Origin: Gemmatimonadota bacterium
Lineage (GTDB): Bacteria > Gemmatimonadota > Gemmatimonadetes > Gemmatimonadales > GWC2-71-9
Direction of reading: 5' to 3'
DNA length: 64,000 nucleotides
NCBI GenBank assembly: GCA_003221895.1
Contig: QHUJ01000115.1
Coordinates: 43,001 to 107,000 of the forward strand
The position numbers and the translations under genes are program-made. Below, piece by piece: positions 28,328 through 36,958 of this stretch; the first letter of the stretch is position 1; each line of letters starts with the position of its first letter. Under the pieces are notes generated by a model. The model did not search any database. It was not told where the DNA came from and saw only the letters and a program-made list of their open reading frames with translations.

Positions 28328-29799
28328 GGGGTCAAGGACGGCATGGCCGTGGTCAGGAAGAAGTTGAGCATCGGGCTCGTTTGTGTGACGGTGGCGAACC
28401 CGGTGTAATTCGTCTTGCGGTGGTAGTTGTAGTAGCTCGCGCCGAGACCAAACTTCGAGGTAACGAAGAGGCGAGCCTCGAAGAACCCTCCGCCCTGATA
28501 GTGCGCCGACTGCGCGCCGTTCAAGGTGTGCAGCCAGCGGCCCCCCCAACCGACGCGGATCGCCCCTCGCGCCGGTTTGACCAGGGTGGCCGCCAGCCGC
28601 GTCCCCAGCCCCATCCCATAGTCGTAGTTGCGTCCCTCGCCCGCGTAGTAGTGCTCCGACAAGGTGGCGCCGATGATGATCCCCTGGAGGAGCACCTCGG
28701 TCGTCGCCCGGACCTTCTTGTCGTCCTTGTCGTCGGCCTTGTGGAATTCGGAGATCAACCCGCCGTAAACGCTTTGACCACCGTATTCGAAGGCCGGGTT
28801 GTTGTAATACTCGTAGGTCAGGAGGGCGCCGAGCGTATGACGCGCCGTGGACCCGTGGTGTAGCTCGATTCCGCCGAGCGTTCCCCGTGCGGTCAAGAGC
28901 GACAGCCGCCCGCGTTCACCCTGGCTCGCCTTGTCCGATAACTCGGCGTTGAATTCGAAGTGGGAAAACGGTTTGGAGCGCACGTCGGTCGCGAGGTCGC
29001 CGTAGCCGAGGTGGAAGTGGGCGACGGCTTGATCCACGGCCTGCGAGCCGCTGAAGGAATTGTTCACGGCGATGCGCCGGTACCCAACATCGAGCAGTCC
29101 CTGATCATGGCTGGGCCGCCAATCCGGTGGGTTGGGCCCCACGTGGGATACTTCACCGTCGAGGAGACGGTTGAACCCGCGTACGGGGTCCAGCAGTGTC
29201 GCAAAGATCTCCCGCCACGTTCGCTCGGACCCGGTGGCGCGGTTGTCCAGCACGAGGGAGGAAAGCCGATAGAGCGACTCGCCCAGCGTAACGCCGCCGG
29301 TACCCGTGTTCAGCAGATCATTGGCGGAGGGGGCGAACTGTTCGGCGAACAGCTCCCACATAGCACTGCCGCCGTAGGCCCAGGGGACAGAAGCCCAGAA
29401 GCTGTATCCGTTAGTCCGGGCACTATTGAAGTACAGATTGCCGTGATAGGGGTGGCCGAACTGGTTGGCGATGAAGTGATCGTTATCCCATTGCCACGGG
29501 TTCTCGAGGTTCTCCTCCCATGACTGCAGGCCGACGCGGGCCCACTCCTTATCGCGAATCACGTTGTTGACGGTGAAGGGGATGAGCTGGACGATGAAGA
29601 GCTCGCCTAACGCCCGGACGGGGCGCGTGCGGGTATGGAGCGTGTCGGCGGCGGTTCGACTGGGGAGTGCCGCGTCGGCCACGGACGAGAGCTGTTGGGC
29701 CGATCCGGTGCTGGCCGTGCCAACGAGGACGAAGAGCAGGACGCGAACTCGCACGCTCTCACGAAACGGTGAAAGCCACGACCCCGGCCATTGGACCAA
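28324..29799 (-). CDS. Hypothetical secreted/outer-membrane protein (DUF3943-like)
   Basis: 491-aa ORF. Signal-like VRVLLFVLVGTASTGSAQ. The WQWDNDHFIANQFGHPYHGNLYF segment resembles DUF3943. Start uncertain (TTG 29799 or GTG about 29754). Confidence 0.5.
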   Translation of the reverse strand: MVQWPGSWLSPFRESVRVRVLLFVLVGTASTGSAQQLSSVADAALPSRTAADTLHTRTRPVRALGELFIVQLIPFTVNNVIRDKEWARVGLQSWEENLENPWQWDNDHFIANQFGHPYHGNLYFNSARTNGYSFWASVPWAYGGSAMWELFAEQFAPSANDLLNTGTGGVTLGESLYRLSSLVLDNRATGSERTWREIFATLLDPVRGFNRLLDGEVSHVGPNPPDWRPSHDQGLLDVGYRRIAVNNSFSGSQAVDQAVAHFHLGYGDLATDVRSKPFSHFEFNAELSDKASQGERGRLSLLTARGTLGGIELHHGSTARHTLGALLTYEYYNNPAFEYGGQSVYGGLISEFHKADDKDDKKVRATTEVLLQGIIIGATLSEHYYAGEGRNYDYGMGLGTRLAATLVKPARGAIRVGWGGRWLHTLNGAQSAHYQGGGFFEARLFVTSKFGLGASYYNYHRKTNYTGFATVTQTSPMLNFFLTTAMPSLTP

Positions 29800-29852
29800 G
29801 AGGTACGCGCGGCCTGTTACCTATTCATCGATTGGGGAGTCGCGTCCCAGCT

Positions 29853-30653
29853 TCAATAGCGCTCCTTCACATACTTGTACGGATAGTCCGGCTCGCGATA
29901 ACCGCGCGCCTTCTGCCGGTTCGGGAGCTTCACCTTCGCGCGCGGCGCTTTCTTGTACGGAATGGCGTCGAGCAGGTGGGCGATGATGTTGAGGCGAGCG
30001 CGCCGTTTGTCGTCCGAGCGGGCTACGTACCACGGCGCGTACGGTGTGTCACTCGCCTTGAACATCTCGTCGCGCGCCCTGGAGTAGTCGTACCACCGGC
30101 TATACGATTCGAGATCCATGGGCGAAAGCTTCCAGATCTTTCGCCCATCCTCGATCCGCGACTCGAGCCGGCGCGTCTGCTCTTCTGGGCTCACTTCGAG
30201 CCAGTACTTGATGAGGGTCACACCGGACTCGACGATGGCCTTCTCGACCTGCGGCACCGCCTCCAGAAATTTTTCGACCTCCTCCTCGCTGCAGAACCCC
30301 ATGACGCGCTCGACCCCGGCGCGGTTGTACCAGCTGCGGTCGAAGATCACCACCTCTCCGGCCGCCGGCAGGAGCGGGACGTAGCGCTGCAGATACATCT
30401 GGGTTTTCTCCCGCTCGGTCGGCGCCGGCAAGGCGATGACGCGGAACACGCGCGGGCTCACCCGCTCCGTAATGGCCTTTATCGTGCCTCCTTTGCCGGC
30501 CCCATCGCGGCCCTCGAAAACGATGCAGACCTTGAGGCCCTTGTACTTGATCCACTCCTGGAGTTTGACCAGCTCGACGTGCAGCCGCTCGAGCTCGCGT
30601 TCGTACTCCTGGCCCTTGAGTTTCTTGTTCGAATCGGCCTCGGCCTTCGCCAT
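29853..30653 (-). CDS. ppk2: Polyphosphate kinase 2
   Basis: FEGRDGAGKGGTI Walker A-like motif and FDRSWYNRAGVERVMGF, typical of PPK2. SD GGAGAGGAG. Confidence 0.9.
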   Translation of the reverse strand: MAKAEADSNKKLKGQEYERELERLHVELVKLQEWIKYKGLKVCIVFEGRDGAGKGGTIKAITERVSPRVFRVIALPAPTEREKTQMYLQRYVPLLPAAGEVVIFDRSWYNRAGVERVMGFCSEEEVEKFLEAVPQVEKAIVESGVTLIKYWLEVSPEEQTRRLESRIEDGRKIWKLSPMDLESYSRWYDYSRARDEMFKASDTPYAPWYVARSDDKRRARLNIIAHLLDAIPYKKAPRAKVKLPNRQKARGYREPDYPYKYVKERY

Positions 30654-30794
30654 GGTTAGACTCCTCTCCCCGCCAGCGCCCCGTCCGCGCTCCGCTCGTC
30701 ACTGACGGTCGAGCCCAGGTATCTCGCCACGGCAATCTCCAGGTTGAAGTGCATGCGTTCCCGCCCAAGTGTCCGTTGCAGTGAGCAGATGGAT

Positions 30795-31616
30795 TCATCG
30801 CATCAGCATGAACAACCGCTGCGAGCGGAGGACCGGAGATTGGGCCCCCTTCATGCTCTCTCGGAGCTGGATCAATGGCGTCTGATCGACGCGTATCAGG
30901 CCGCGACGCGGCCGGTCAAAATCGAGTACGACAAACGCCACAAAGAGGATCAGGAGATTGAGCCCGAGCGCGAGGCCCACGTGACGTTGTCCGGCTTGTC
31001 CCAGCGCATGGCCGGTCACGGCCCCGCACAGGACGAGCGACAGTCCCAGCAGCCAAACCACCGACGCCGGCATGTGATAGCGCCTCAACCATTCCCGGGT
31101 CGTGGAGAGATCGATCACCTCGTTAGCGGCGGGGACGATGGCACTGGTGAGCGCTAGGTCATGGTCGGCGCTCACCGCGTGCGCCACACCGGTCCAGAGC
31201 TCGTCGAGCGTGGCATGCATCCCGGTTGCGAGCCGCTCAAACTCCTGCGGATCGAGGCCTCGTTCGAAGCTTTCGATGCGCATGTCGGTGTAGCGGCGCA
31301 ACGCAGTACGGATTTGACTGCTCGCAGGCTCGGCAACGAGACCAGCGCGCAAATAGCAGGTGCCGATGGCGTTGGCCTCGTCCATGACCAATCGCGAGCG
31401 GTCGTTATGCCGATTGCTCGTGATGGCGAAGGAGAACCCCAGCAACAACGCGACCAGCCCGAGTGTGCTCGTCCTGAGCGCGCTTAGGATGTCCCGCTCG
31501 GAATCCGACACTTGGTGCGAGCGACCGTAGCGAAAACCGAGCTCGCCGGCTCCGAGCGAGAGCAGGAAGATCGCGAGGACCGGGATCCAGATCGGCCAAT
31601 CGTAGATGGCGTGCAT
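30795..31616 (-). CDS. DUF4239-like membrane protein
   Basis: N-terminal TM helices, RTSTLGLVALLLGFSFAITSNRHNDRSRLVMDEANAIGT segment, C-terminal TM pair. Confidence 0.55.
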   Translation of the reverse strand: MHAIYDWPIWIPVLAIFLLSLGAGELGFRYGRSHQVSDSERDILSALRTSTLGLVALLLGFSFAITSNRHNDRSRLVMDEANAIGTCYLRAGLVAEPASSQIRTALRRYTDMRIESFERGLDPQEFERLATGMHATLDELWTGVAHAVSADHDLALTSAIVPAANEVIDLSTTREWLRRYHMPASVVWLLGLSLVLCGAVTGHALGQAGQRHVGLALGLNLLILFVAFVVLDFDRPRRGLIRVDQTPLIQLRESMKGAQSPVLRSQRLFMLMR

Positions 31617-31682
31617 GTCACTTCACCGGAAGCAGCGGGGTGATGCGGCGTCCCCTTCCTTATATAACGAGCGGCTGGTGGC

Positions 31683-32663
31683 CTAGAGTCCGATGCGGTA
31701 GTTCGCCATCCACAGAAACGACTTGCGGCCGATGAATCCGAACTCCGCCCGCAGTCCCCAGTGCCGTCCAACGTCGAACGTGCCGCCGACGACGAGGTTC
31801 CACGGATCAGCCAGCTTCTTGTTGAGGCTGTAGTTGACCACGGTCGTGTCGAGCCGGCCTTGAAGCCGCTGCACGAAGTTGTCGACGACTGCTTTCTGGG
31901 CGGGTGTGAGCCCCTGGTACCAGGGCGTGCTCTGGTAGTTGTTGAACAGCGTGTCCACCCCCGGCGGAAGAACGTCCGCGAGGTTGATCGATCCCGACGT
32001 GCCGGTCTTCAGCGACTGAAACATGGTTCCAACCCAGAAGGTGGTGCGCATTCGCTTCGCGCGCGCGCCCACCCGGAAGGCCTTGCCGTAGCGCATGCTC
32101 AGCACGTTCACAGGCACCGGTGCGTCGAGCAGGCTGGAGAACGCCCACTGATGATTGTAGTCGACGACCACGAAATTGCGGCGGAACCCAAACGCGCCGG
32201 TGAGCCCGAGTCCGAAGTTGCTCCCCTTGAACTTCGCGACGGACGTGAACGGCACCGGAGTCGCGAGGTGAACGGTGGTCTGCGCCGGTCCAGTGCCCAG
32301 CATGGTGTAGACGTTGAGGAAGGGGAAAACCCACAGGTCCACCCGCGTATTCCAATTTGTGAGCTTCGCTTCTGCTCCGGAGAATGTGATGAAGTCCACC
32401 GGCTGCGGCGGCGCGTTGAAGCCGAGTCCCAGATTGGAGATGAGCAGGTCCTGATTCGCCCCGAAGCCACCGACGTTGAAACCGAGGGGATTCGGGAGAT
32501 CGAACCCGCGCTCGATCGCTTTGCGGCCCCAGATCGGGAAGATCTGATGATAGGTCGCGAGCACGCTATCGCGCTCCGCCTGGGTGAGGGCGAGATCGGG
32601 GTTCTGGGCGGCGAGGCCCAGGGGGACGAGCAGCGCCACCATCCCGATCGGGATCCGGTTCAT
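31683..32663 (-). CDS. Hypothetical outer-membrane protein
   Basis: Signal peptide MNRIPIGMVALLVPLGLAAQ, beta-rich pattern. 4-nt overlap with the upstream gene. Confidence 0.5.
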   Translation of the reverse strand: MNRIPIGMVALLVPLGLAAQNPDLALTQAERDSVLATYHQIFPIWGRKAIERGFDLPNPLGFNVGGFGANQDLLISNLGLGFNAPPQPVDFITFSGAEAKLTNWNTRVDLWVFPFLNVYTMLGTGPAQTTVHLATPVPFTSVAKFKGSNFGLGLTGAFGFRRNFVVVDYNHQWAFSSLLDAPVPVNVLSMRYGKAFRVGARAKRMRTTFWVGTMFQSLKTGTSGSINLADVLPPGVDTLFNNYQSTPWYQGLTPAQKAVVDNFVQRLQGRLDTTVVNYSLNKKLADPWNLVVGGTFDVGRHWGLRAEFGFIGRKSFLWMANYRIGL

Positions 32664-33376
32664 TTCTGCGTGCTCTTTGGTCCACCGATCGGCAGTCCGA
32701 ATCCGACCGCGAAACTGTCGTTCGCGCCCGGCGCGTCGCTCAGCGCGTCACCGAACGAGTGGTACCACGACACGCGAATCCGCGTGCTGCGAATGCCGAG
32801 ACTGGGTGCGAGCGCGAATTCTCCGAGGAGGTTGACGCCGGTGTCCCAGCGGTTGACGCGCGACCAGAGACTTTGCGCGTAGGTGAGATCGTCGGTGCGG
32901 GTGATTGTGCCGATGTAATGATCCTCGGCCTTCACCACGTATCCGATTTGCGGCCCCGCGGCAAAGTGGAAGCGGCCGGCCTTCACCTTGAGCAGCAGCG
33001 GCACCGCGATGTAGCCCAGTCGTCTGGTCACCGAGACATTGCTCGCCGCGGCAAAGGCGCTATCGACGGCGGGCGCGCCGGTAGGAACGAAGGGCAGTGA
33101 CTGTGCCCCCGCGGGCACCTTGAACGTGAATTCCGGCTGCACCGACAGGCGGGTGTTGAGCTTCACTTCGAGGAACCCACCCAGGTCCCAGGACCTCAGG
33201 CGTTCGGCGCCGGACAAATCGGAGAGGGTTGTCCCGACGACGTCAAACTTGATCCCGCCCTGCACGTTCGCCGAGGCGAACTTGTCGCCGAAGAGCAGCA
33301 CCAGCAGCGCCTGGGGCGACGCGACGTCCAGCGGCGCGGCACAGGCCAACGCCAGCAACCATGCCGTGCGGCTCAC
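32660..33376 (-). CDS. Porin-family outer-membrane beta-barrel protein
   Basis: GTG 33376 gives (M)SRTAWLLALACAAPLDVASPQA; 8-10-strand-like pattern. The 5' part of the track ORF (to 33895) overlaps the DUF202 gene and is rejected. Confidence 0.6.
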   Translation of the reverse strand: MSRTAWLLALACAAPLDVASPQALLVLLFGDKFASANVQGGIKFDVVGTTLSDLSGAERLRSWDLGGFLEVKLNTRLSVQPEFTFKVPAGAQSLPFVPTGAPAVDSAFAAASNVSVTRRLGYIAVPLLLKVKAGRFHFAAGPQIGYVVKAEDHYIGTITRTDDLTYAQSLWSRVNRWDTGVNLLGEFALAPSLGIRSTRIRVSWYHSFGDALSDAPGANDSFAVGFGLPIGGPKSTQK

Positions 33377-33381
33377 GCGAC

Positions 33382-33900
33382 TCAGCCGAACGGCCCGGCA
33401 TGAAATAGGATGCCGACAATGGCGCCCAGACCGAGCAGCAGGAGGAGCCCGGCGGTGATCAGGACGAGAGAGGGTGGAAATGCGCCCTGACCGCGAATCA
33501 ATCCGTCCGCCGTCATCTCGCTGCGGGTGTCGCGCAGACCCCAGATGAACCGGACGTGGTACACGATCCCCAGGCCGAGCAGCAGGATTCCGAGCGCTAC
33601 GAGCGCCGCACCGAGGTTGCCCGGGTCGCGCCCGCTCCCCGGGAGTGTCCAGGACTGTGGCAGCCTCCGGAAGAGCTGGTCGATTGCGAACCCGAAGCCG
33701 ATGAGCGCGAGCGAGGTGCGAATCACGGACAGCAACGTGCGGTCGAGGCTCATCCGCGTTCGCTGAAACGACATGCCAGTTCGGCGCGAGGCGAGCTCGG
33801 TGGCAATATGGCCCGACTCCGACGCCGCCGTGACGCGTGGCTGGGAGACGTCCTGTGGCATGGCTCGGCAATGTTCGGCTCGCGCGAGCCCGCACTCCAT
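33382..33900 (-). CDS. DUF202 (YidH-like) membrane protein
   Basis: RTGMSFQRTRMSLDRTLLSVIRTSLALIGFGF is the DUF202 signature; three TM segments. Alternative start ATG 33861. Confidence 0.7.
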   Translation of the reverse strand: MECGLARAEHCRAMPQDVSQPRVTAASESGHIATELASRRTGMSFQRTRMSLDRTLLSVIRTSLALIGFGFAIDQLFRRLPQSWTLPGSGRDPGNLGAALVALGILLLGLGIVYHVRFIWGLRDTRSEMTADGLIRGQGAFPPSLVLITAGLLLLLGLGAIVGILFHAGPFG

Positions 33901-33916
33901 GGGACTTTAGGGCAGT
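33899..33916 (-). promoter_or_regulatory. Motif copy (e): ATGGGACTTTAGGGCAGT (+ strand)
   Basis: Between the REC-only RR stop (33921) and the DUF202 gene. Abuts ATG 33900; 37 nt from the alternative ATG 33861. Confidence 0.35.
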
Positions 33917-33920
33917 GACC

Positions 33921-34328
33921 TCAATGCTTGCCGGAGTTGGACGCGGCCATGACGCGACTGATCGCCTCGAGTAATGCGGTTTCCTCGAACGGCTTGCGCA
34001 GATAGGCGTGTCCCTTGGCTTCGATGCGCTCGCGCATCGCGGCGTCGTCGTGCGCGGTGATGAAGACGATCGGAAATCGCACGCCCGCGTCCGCCAGGTA
34101 GGCTTCGAGGTCGAATCCGCTCATCCCCTCGAAATGCACATCGAGGACCAGGCACTGCAGGCTCCAGGACGGGTGGGTCTCGAGGAACTGCTCCGTCGAC
34201 GCGAACGATGCCACGCGCAATCCCGCCGCGCGCAGCAGCCGCCCCAGCGACTTCAGGACCGACGGATCGTCGTCGATGACGCCGATAAGCGGGGGCTGCG
34301 GGGGCTGCGGGGGCGACGTGGGAGGCAA
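33921..34328 (-). CDS. Single-domain response regulator (REC only)
   Basis: IGVIDDD...VLDVHFEGMSG...ITAHDD...YLRKPF receiver motifs. TTG 34328 (AGGA 6 nt upstream) is chosen because a strong hairpin at 34346..34381 lies inside the longer track ORF. Confidence 0.8.
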   Translation of the reverse strand: MPPTSPPQPPQPPLIGVIDDDPSVLKSLGRLLRAAGLRVASFASTEQFLETHPSWSLQCLVLDVHFEGMSGFDLEAYLADAGVRFPIVFITAHDDAAMRERIEAKGHAYLRKPFEETALLEAISRVMAASNSGKH

Positions 34329-34340
34329 TGACTGTCCTGT

Positions 34341-34381
34341 TGAAAGGCCCTGTCCGGCGCGCAACGCGGCGGGACAGGGCC
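34341..34381 (-). terminator. Intrinsic-terminator-like hairpin between the LuxR-type RR and REC-only RR genes
   Basis: On the minus strand: GGCCCTGTCC - 16-nt GC-rich loop - GGACAGGGCC, followed by TTTCA. 10-bp perfect stem read directly; the U-tract is short. Confidence 0.5.
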
Positions 34382-34409
34382 AGAGTACTGCTGAAACTAC
34401 AGGCTGCGT

Positions 34410-34427
34410 ATGTGACTTTAGGTCAAC
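34410..34427 (-). promoter_or_regulatory. Motif copy (c): ATGTGACTTTAGGTCAAC (+ strand)
   Basis: Immediately after the LuxR-type RR stop and upstream of the hairpin and the REC-only RR gene. Confidence 0.4.
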
Positions 34428-34428
34428 C

Positions 34429-35160
34429 TTACTCCACACGCCGCACCGGGCTCGCCGCGGCGGGCGGCAAACCCAGCCGGTCGGCCATCCGGACCAGATC
34501 GGCGACCGAACCCGCTTCCATTTTCTTCATGATGCGCGCGCGGTGCACCTTGATCGTGCGCTCGCAGGTACCCAGCCGTCCCGCGATCTGCTTATTGAGC
34601 ATGCCCGTCACGACCAGCGCGAACACCTGGTTCTCGCGCGGCGTGAGTCGGTCCTGCCGCGTCGTGAGCACGGTCATCACCGCGTCCAGGCGGCGCATTT
34701 CCGCATCGAGCGTGAGGCCGCGCTCGACGGCCGCCAGCAACTCTTCCTCGTCGATCGGCTTCGTGAGAAAGTCGACGGCGCCGATCTTCATGGCCCGGAC
34801 GCTGGAGCTGACGTCGCCGAATCCCGTGGAGAAGATGATCGGAATCGTCGCCCCGGAGCTGCGCAGCGATGTTTGCAGATCGAGCCCGCTGACGCCGGGC
34901 ATGCGGATGTCCAGAATCAGGCACTGCGGGCCCCCTTCGGGCGTCTGCGGGCGCCCCAGAAAATCCCGGGCTGACTCGAAGGTCTGTACCCGGTACCCGA
35001 CCGAGGTCAACAGGCGCTCGAGGGATTTGCGGACGGAGGCATCGTCGTCCACGACGAAGACCCGCCCACCGGTGATTGGCTGGAGCCCGTCCTTGTGACG
35101 CGGTGCGGCGGACGGCATCGGGGAGCGCGGGACAGACCTGACGGCGCTGCTCTGTTTCAT
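34429..35160 (-). CDS. Two-component response regulator, FixJ/NarL (LuxR HTH) family
   Basis: REC domain (VFVVDDD, ILDIRMPGVSG, KIGAVDFLTKP) plus LuxR HTH (LTPRENQVFALVVTGMLNKQIAGRLGTCERTIKVHRARIMKKM). Confidence 0.9.
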   Translation of the reverse strand: MKQSSAVRSVPRSPMPSAAPRHKDGLQPITGGRVFVVDDDASVRKSLERLLTSVGYRVQTFESARDFLGRPQTPEGGPQCLILDIRMPGVSGLDLQTSLRSSGATIPIIFSTGFGDVSSSVRAMKIGAVDFLTKPIDEEELLAAVERGLTLDAEMRRLDAVMTVLTTRQDRLTPRENQVFALVVTGMLNKQIAGRLGTCERTIKVHRARIMKKMEAGSVADLVRMADRLGLPPAAASPVRRVE

Positions 35161-36707
35161 GAAGTCTCCTTTTCTGGGGCGATGGGCAGCGCGACGTGAA
35201 ACGTCGCCCCTACGTCGGAGTTATTGGTCGCCCAGATGCGACCGCCGTGACTCTCCACGATCGAACGCGCGATCGTGAGTCCCATGCCCAGCCCATCGGG
35301 CTTGGTGGAAAAGAACTGGTCGAAGAGGTGATCGAATTGCTCCGGCGGGATTCCCTTGCCGGCATCACGAACCGAGATGACGCAGCACGCGTCACTCCCC
35401 GCCCGGGTCCGAATGATGAGACGGCGGTCGAGCGTGGCCGTATCGGCCATCGCCTCGAACGCGTTCATCATGAGATTGAGCAACACCTGCTGCAGCTGGA
35501 CGACATCGAACTGCACCTTCGGCACCGGCGCCTCGAGGTCGAGCACCAGCGTCACGCGGCGCAGCAGGAAATCGCCATGCAGCAGCCGGCCGACCTCGCG
35601 CACGATCGCATTGGGATCGAGCAGCACCAATTCGACATCGTGGTTGCGCAGTAACGCGCGCATCGCGTGAATCAGCTCGCCCGCGCGCCGGTCGTCGGCG
35701 TCGATATCCTCGATGATGGCACGGACCTCGTCCATCGGCGGATTCGGCGTCGCGAGGAAGCGGCGGGCCGCCTGCGCGTTGGCGAGAATCGCCGACAGCG
35801 GCTGATTCAGCTCGTGCGCGAGCGACAGGGCGAAGCCACCGAGCGTGCTCACGCGGGCGAAGCGCGCAAATTCCTTCTCATGGAGAGCATCGAACACCAC
35901 CGCGGCGCCTTGCTTGACCCCGCCGTTGCCGGCCGCGGGCGCACCATTGCTCGGGGTCTTCACCGCCGTGGCATCGCGTGAGGTCACCATCCGCGCCAGC
36001 ATGGCACCGACGAATTCGAGCCGCTCGACCAGCGTGAGGGACCAGGACCGCGCCGCGCCGGTGCTCAGGGCCAGCGCCCCGAGGACCGCGCCGTTGTGGC
36101 GCAGCGGCACGAGCACGGCCGCCTCGATTCCGTTGCGCCGGAACGCCGGACGGTCGCTGGCGAGCGCCGGCGGCAACACGTCGAGGCTGCAGAACCGCAC
36201 GACCACGCCGCGCGCGACGAGCTCGGTGAGCGCGGGGAAGTCGGCGGTAGGGTAGGCGGACGCCGTTCCCCACGCGGCACCGAGCGTGAGCGGCCTCACG
36301 CCGTGATGGCCGTTGACCGCGGGCACCAGGCTCACGCGATCGACGTCCAGGCACGTCCCAAGTCGTTGTAACCAGCGCGTGACTGTCGCCGAACGATCGG
36401 TGCCGCCGAGCATGGTCACGCTCGCCGACAGCTCCGACACGAGGATCTCGAAATCGAGACCCCGTTGCAACAAGCGCTCGACGTTGCGCTGGCGGCGCCG
36501 CTCGAGGATCAAACCGACGATCAAGAGAGCCTGCGCGGCGACCACGGTGGCTTCGAGGAAGTTGGGACGAACGGCGACCGCCTGGGTCAACCCGGTGAAC
36601 GCACGGCGCCCGTCACTACTGGATACGGGGGATGCGTCAGGGCTGGGTCCCGCGGATCCGAGGAGCATCAATACCGCCGTACGTACCAACCAATGCGTCA
36701 ATGGCAT
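35157..36707 (-). CDS. Sensor histidine kinase with GAF-like domain
   Basis: H-box LSLAHELNQPLSAILANAQAA; HATPase motifs NLMMNAFEA, DAGKGIP, GLGMGLTIAR. N-terminal TM segments and a GAF-like region. 4-nt overlap with the RR gene. Confidence 0.85.
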   Translation of the reverse strand: MPLTHWLVRTAVLMLLGSAGPSPDASPVSSSDGRRAFTGLTQAVAVRPNFLEATVVAAQALLIVGLILERRRQRNVERLLQRGLDFEILVSELSASVTMLGGTDRSATVTRWLQRLGTCLDVDRVSLVPAVNGHHGVRPLTLGAAWGTASAYPTADFPALTELVARGVVVRFCSLDVLPPALASDRPAFRRNGIEAAVLVPLRHNGAVLGALALSTGAARSWSLTLVERLEFVGAMLARMVTSRDATAVKTPSNGAPAAGNGGVKQGAAVVFDALHEKEFARFARVSTLGGFALSLAHELNQPLSAILANAQAARRFLATPNPPMDEVRAIIEDIDADDRRAGELIHAMRALLRNHDVELVLLDPNAIVREVGRLLHGDFLLRRVTLVLDLEAPVPKVQFDVVQLQQVLLNLMMNAFEAMADTATLDRRLIIRTRAGSDACCVISVRDAGKGIPPEQFDHLFDQFFSTKPDGLGMGLTIARSIVESHGGRIWATNNSDVGATFHVALPIAPEKETS

Positions 36708-36757
36708 AGTCCTGGGCGGATTCTACGGACGCCCGGTTACTTAGTGAGATGCACCCT

Positions 36758-36775
36758 GTTTCCCTTTAGGTCAAT
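36758..36775 (-). promoter_or_regulatory. Motif copy (d): GTTTCCCTTTAGGTCAAT (+ strand)
   Basis: 50 nt upstream of the GAF-kinase ATG 36707. Shares the CTTTAGGTCAA core with copy (c). Confidence 0.4.
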
Positions 36776-36885
36776 ACGGAATTCCCCGTATAACTGTCAC
36801 AGTCGTATGACGTTTGGCGCGGTGTTGTTTTGATGGTTCTTTGACCAGCGATGCTCTTTTGTTCGGCTTGTGCAATGATTTCGCG

Positions 36886-36903
36886 GTTGGCCAAAGGTCT
36901 AAT
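36886..36903 (+). promoter_or_regulatory. Motif copy (n): GTTGGCCAAAGGTCTAAT
   Basis: Upstream (55 nt) of the DUF4136 lipoprotein ATG 36959, in the gene orientation. Confidence 0.4.
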
Positions 36904-36958
36904 AGCTGCCCCCTCCCGGCCTGCTGATGATACGCCAATCAAACCCTCGAGGGATTGT

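Noticed and set aside
33377-33895. 5' extension of the porin-family ORF 32660-33895
   Set aside because: It overlaps the DUF202 gene, which has a clear family signature, in another frame. GTG 33376 gives a normal signal peptide.
34286-34316. Tandem GGGGGCTGC repeat (plus strand) near the REC-only RR start
   Set aside because: There are only two units, and they simply encode the PQPPQPP linker at the N-terminus of the protein. It is not an array.
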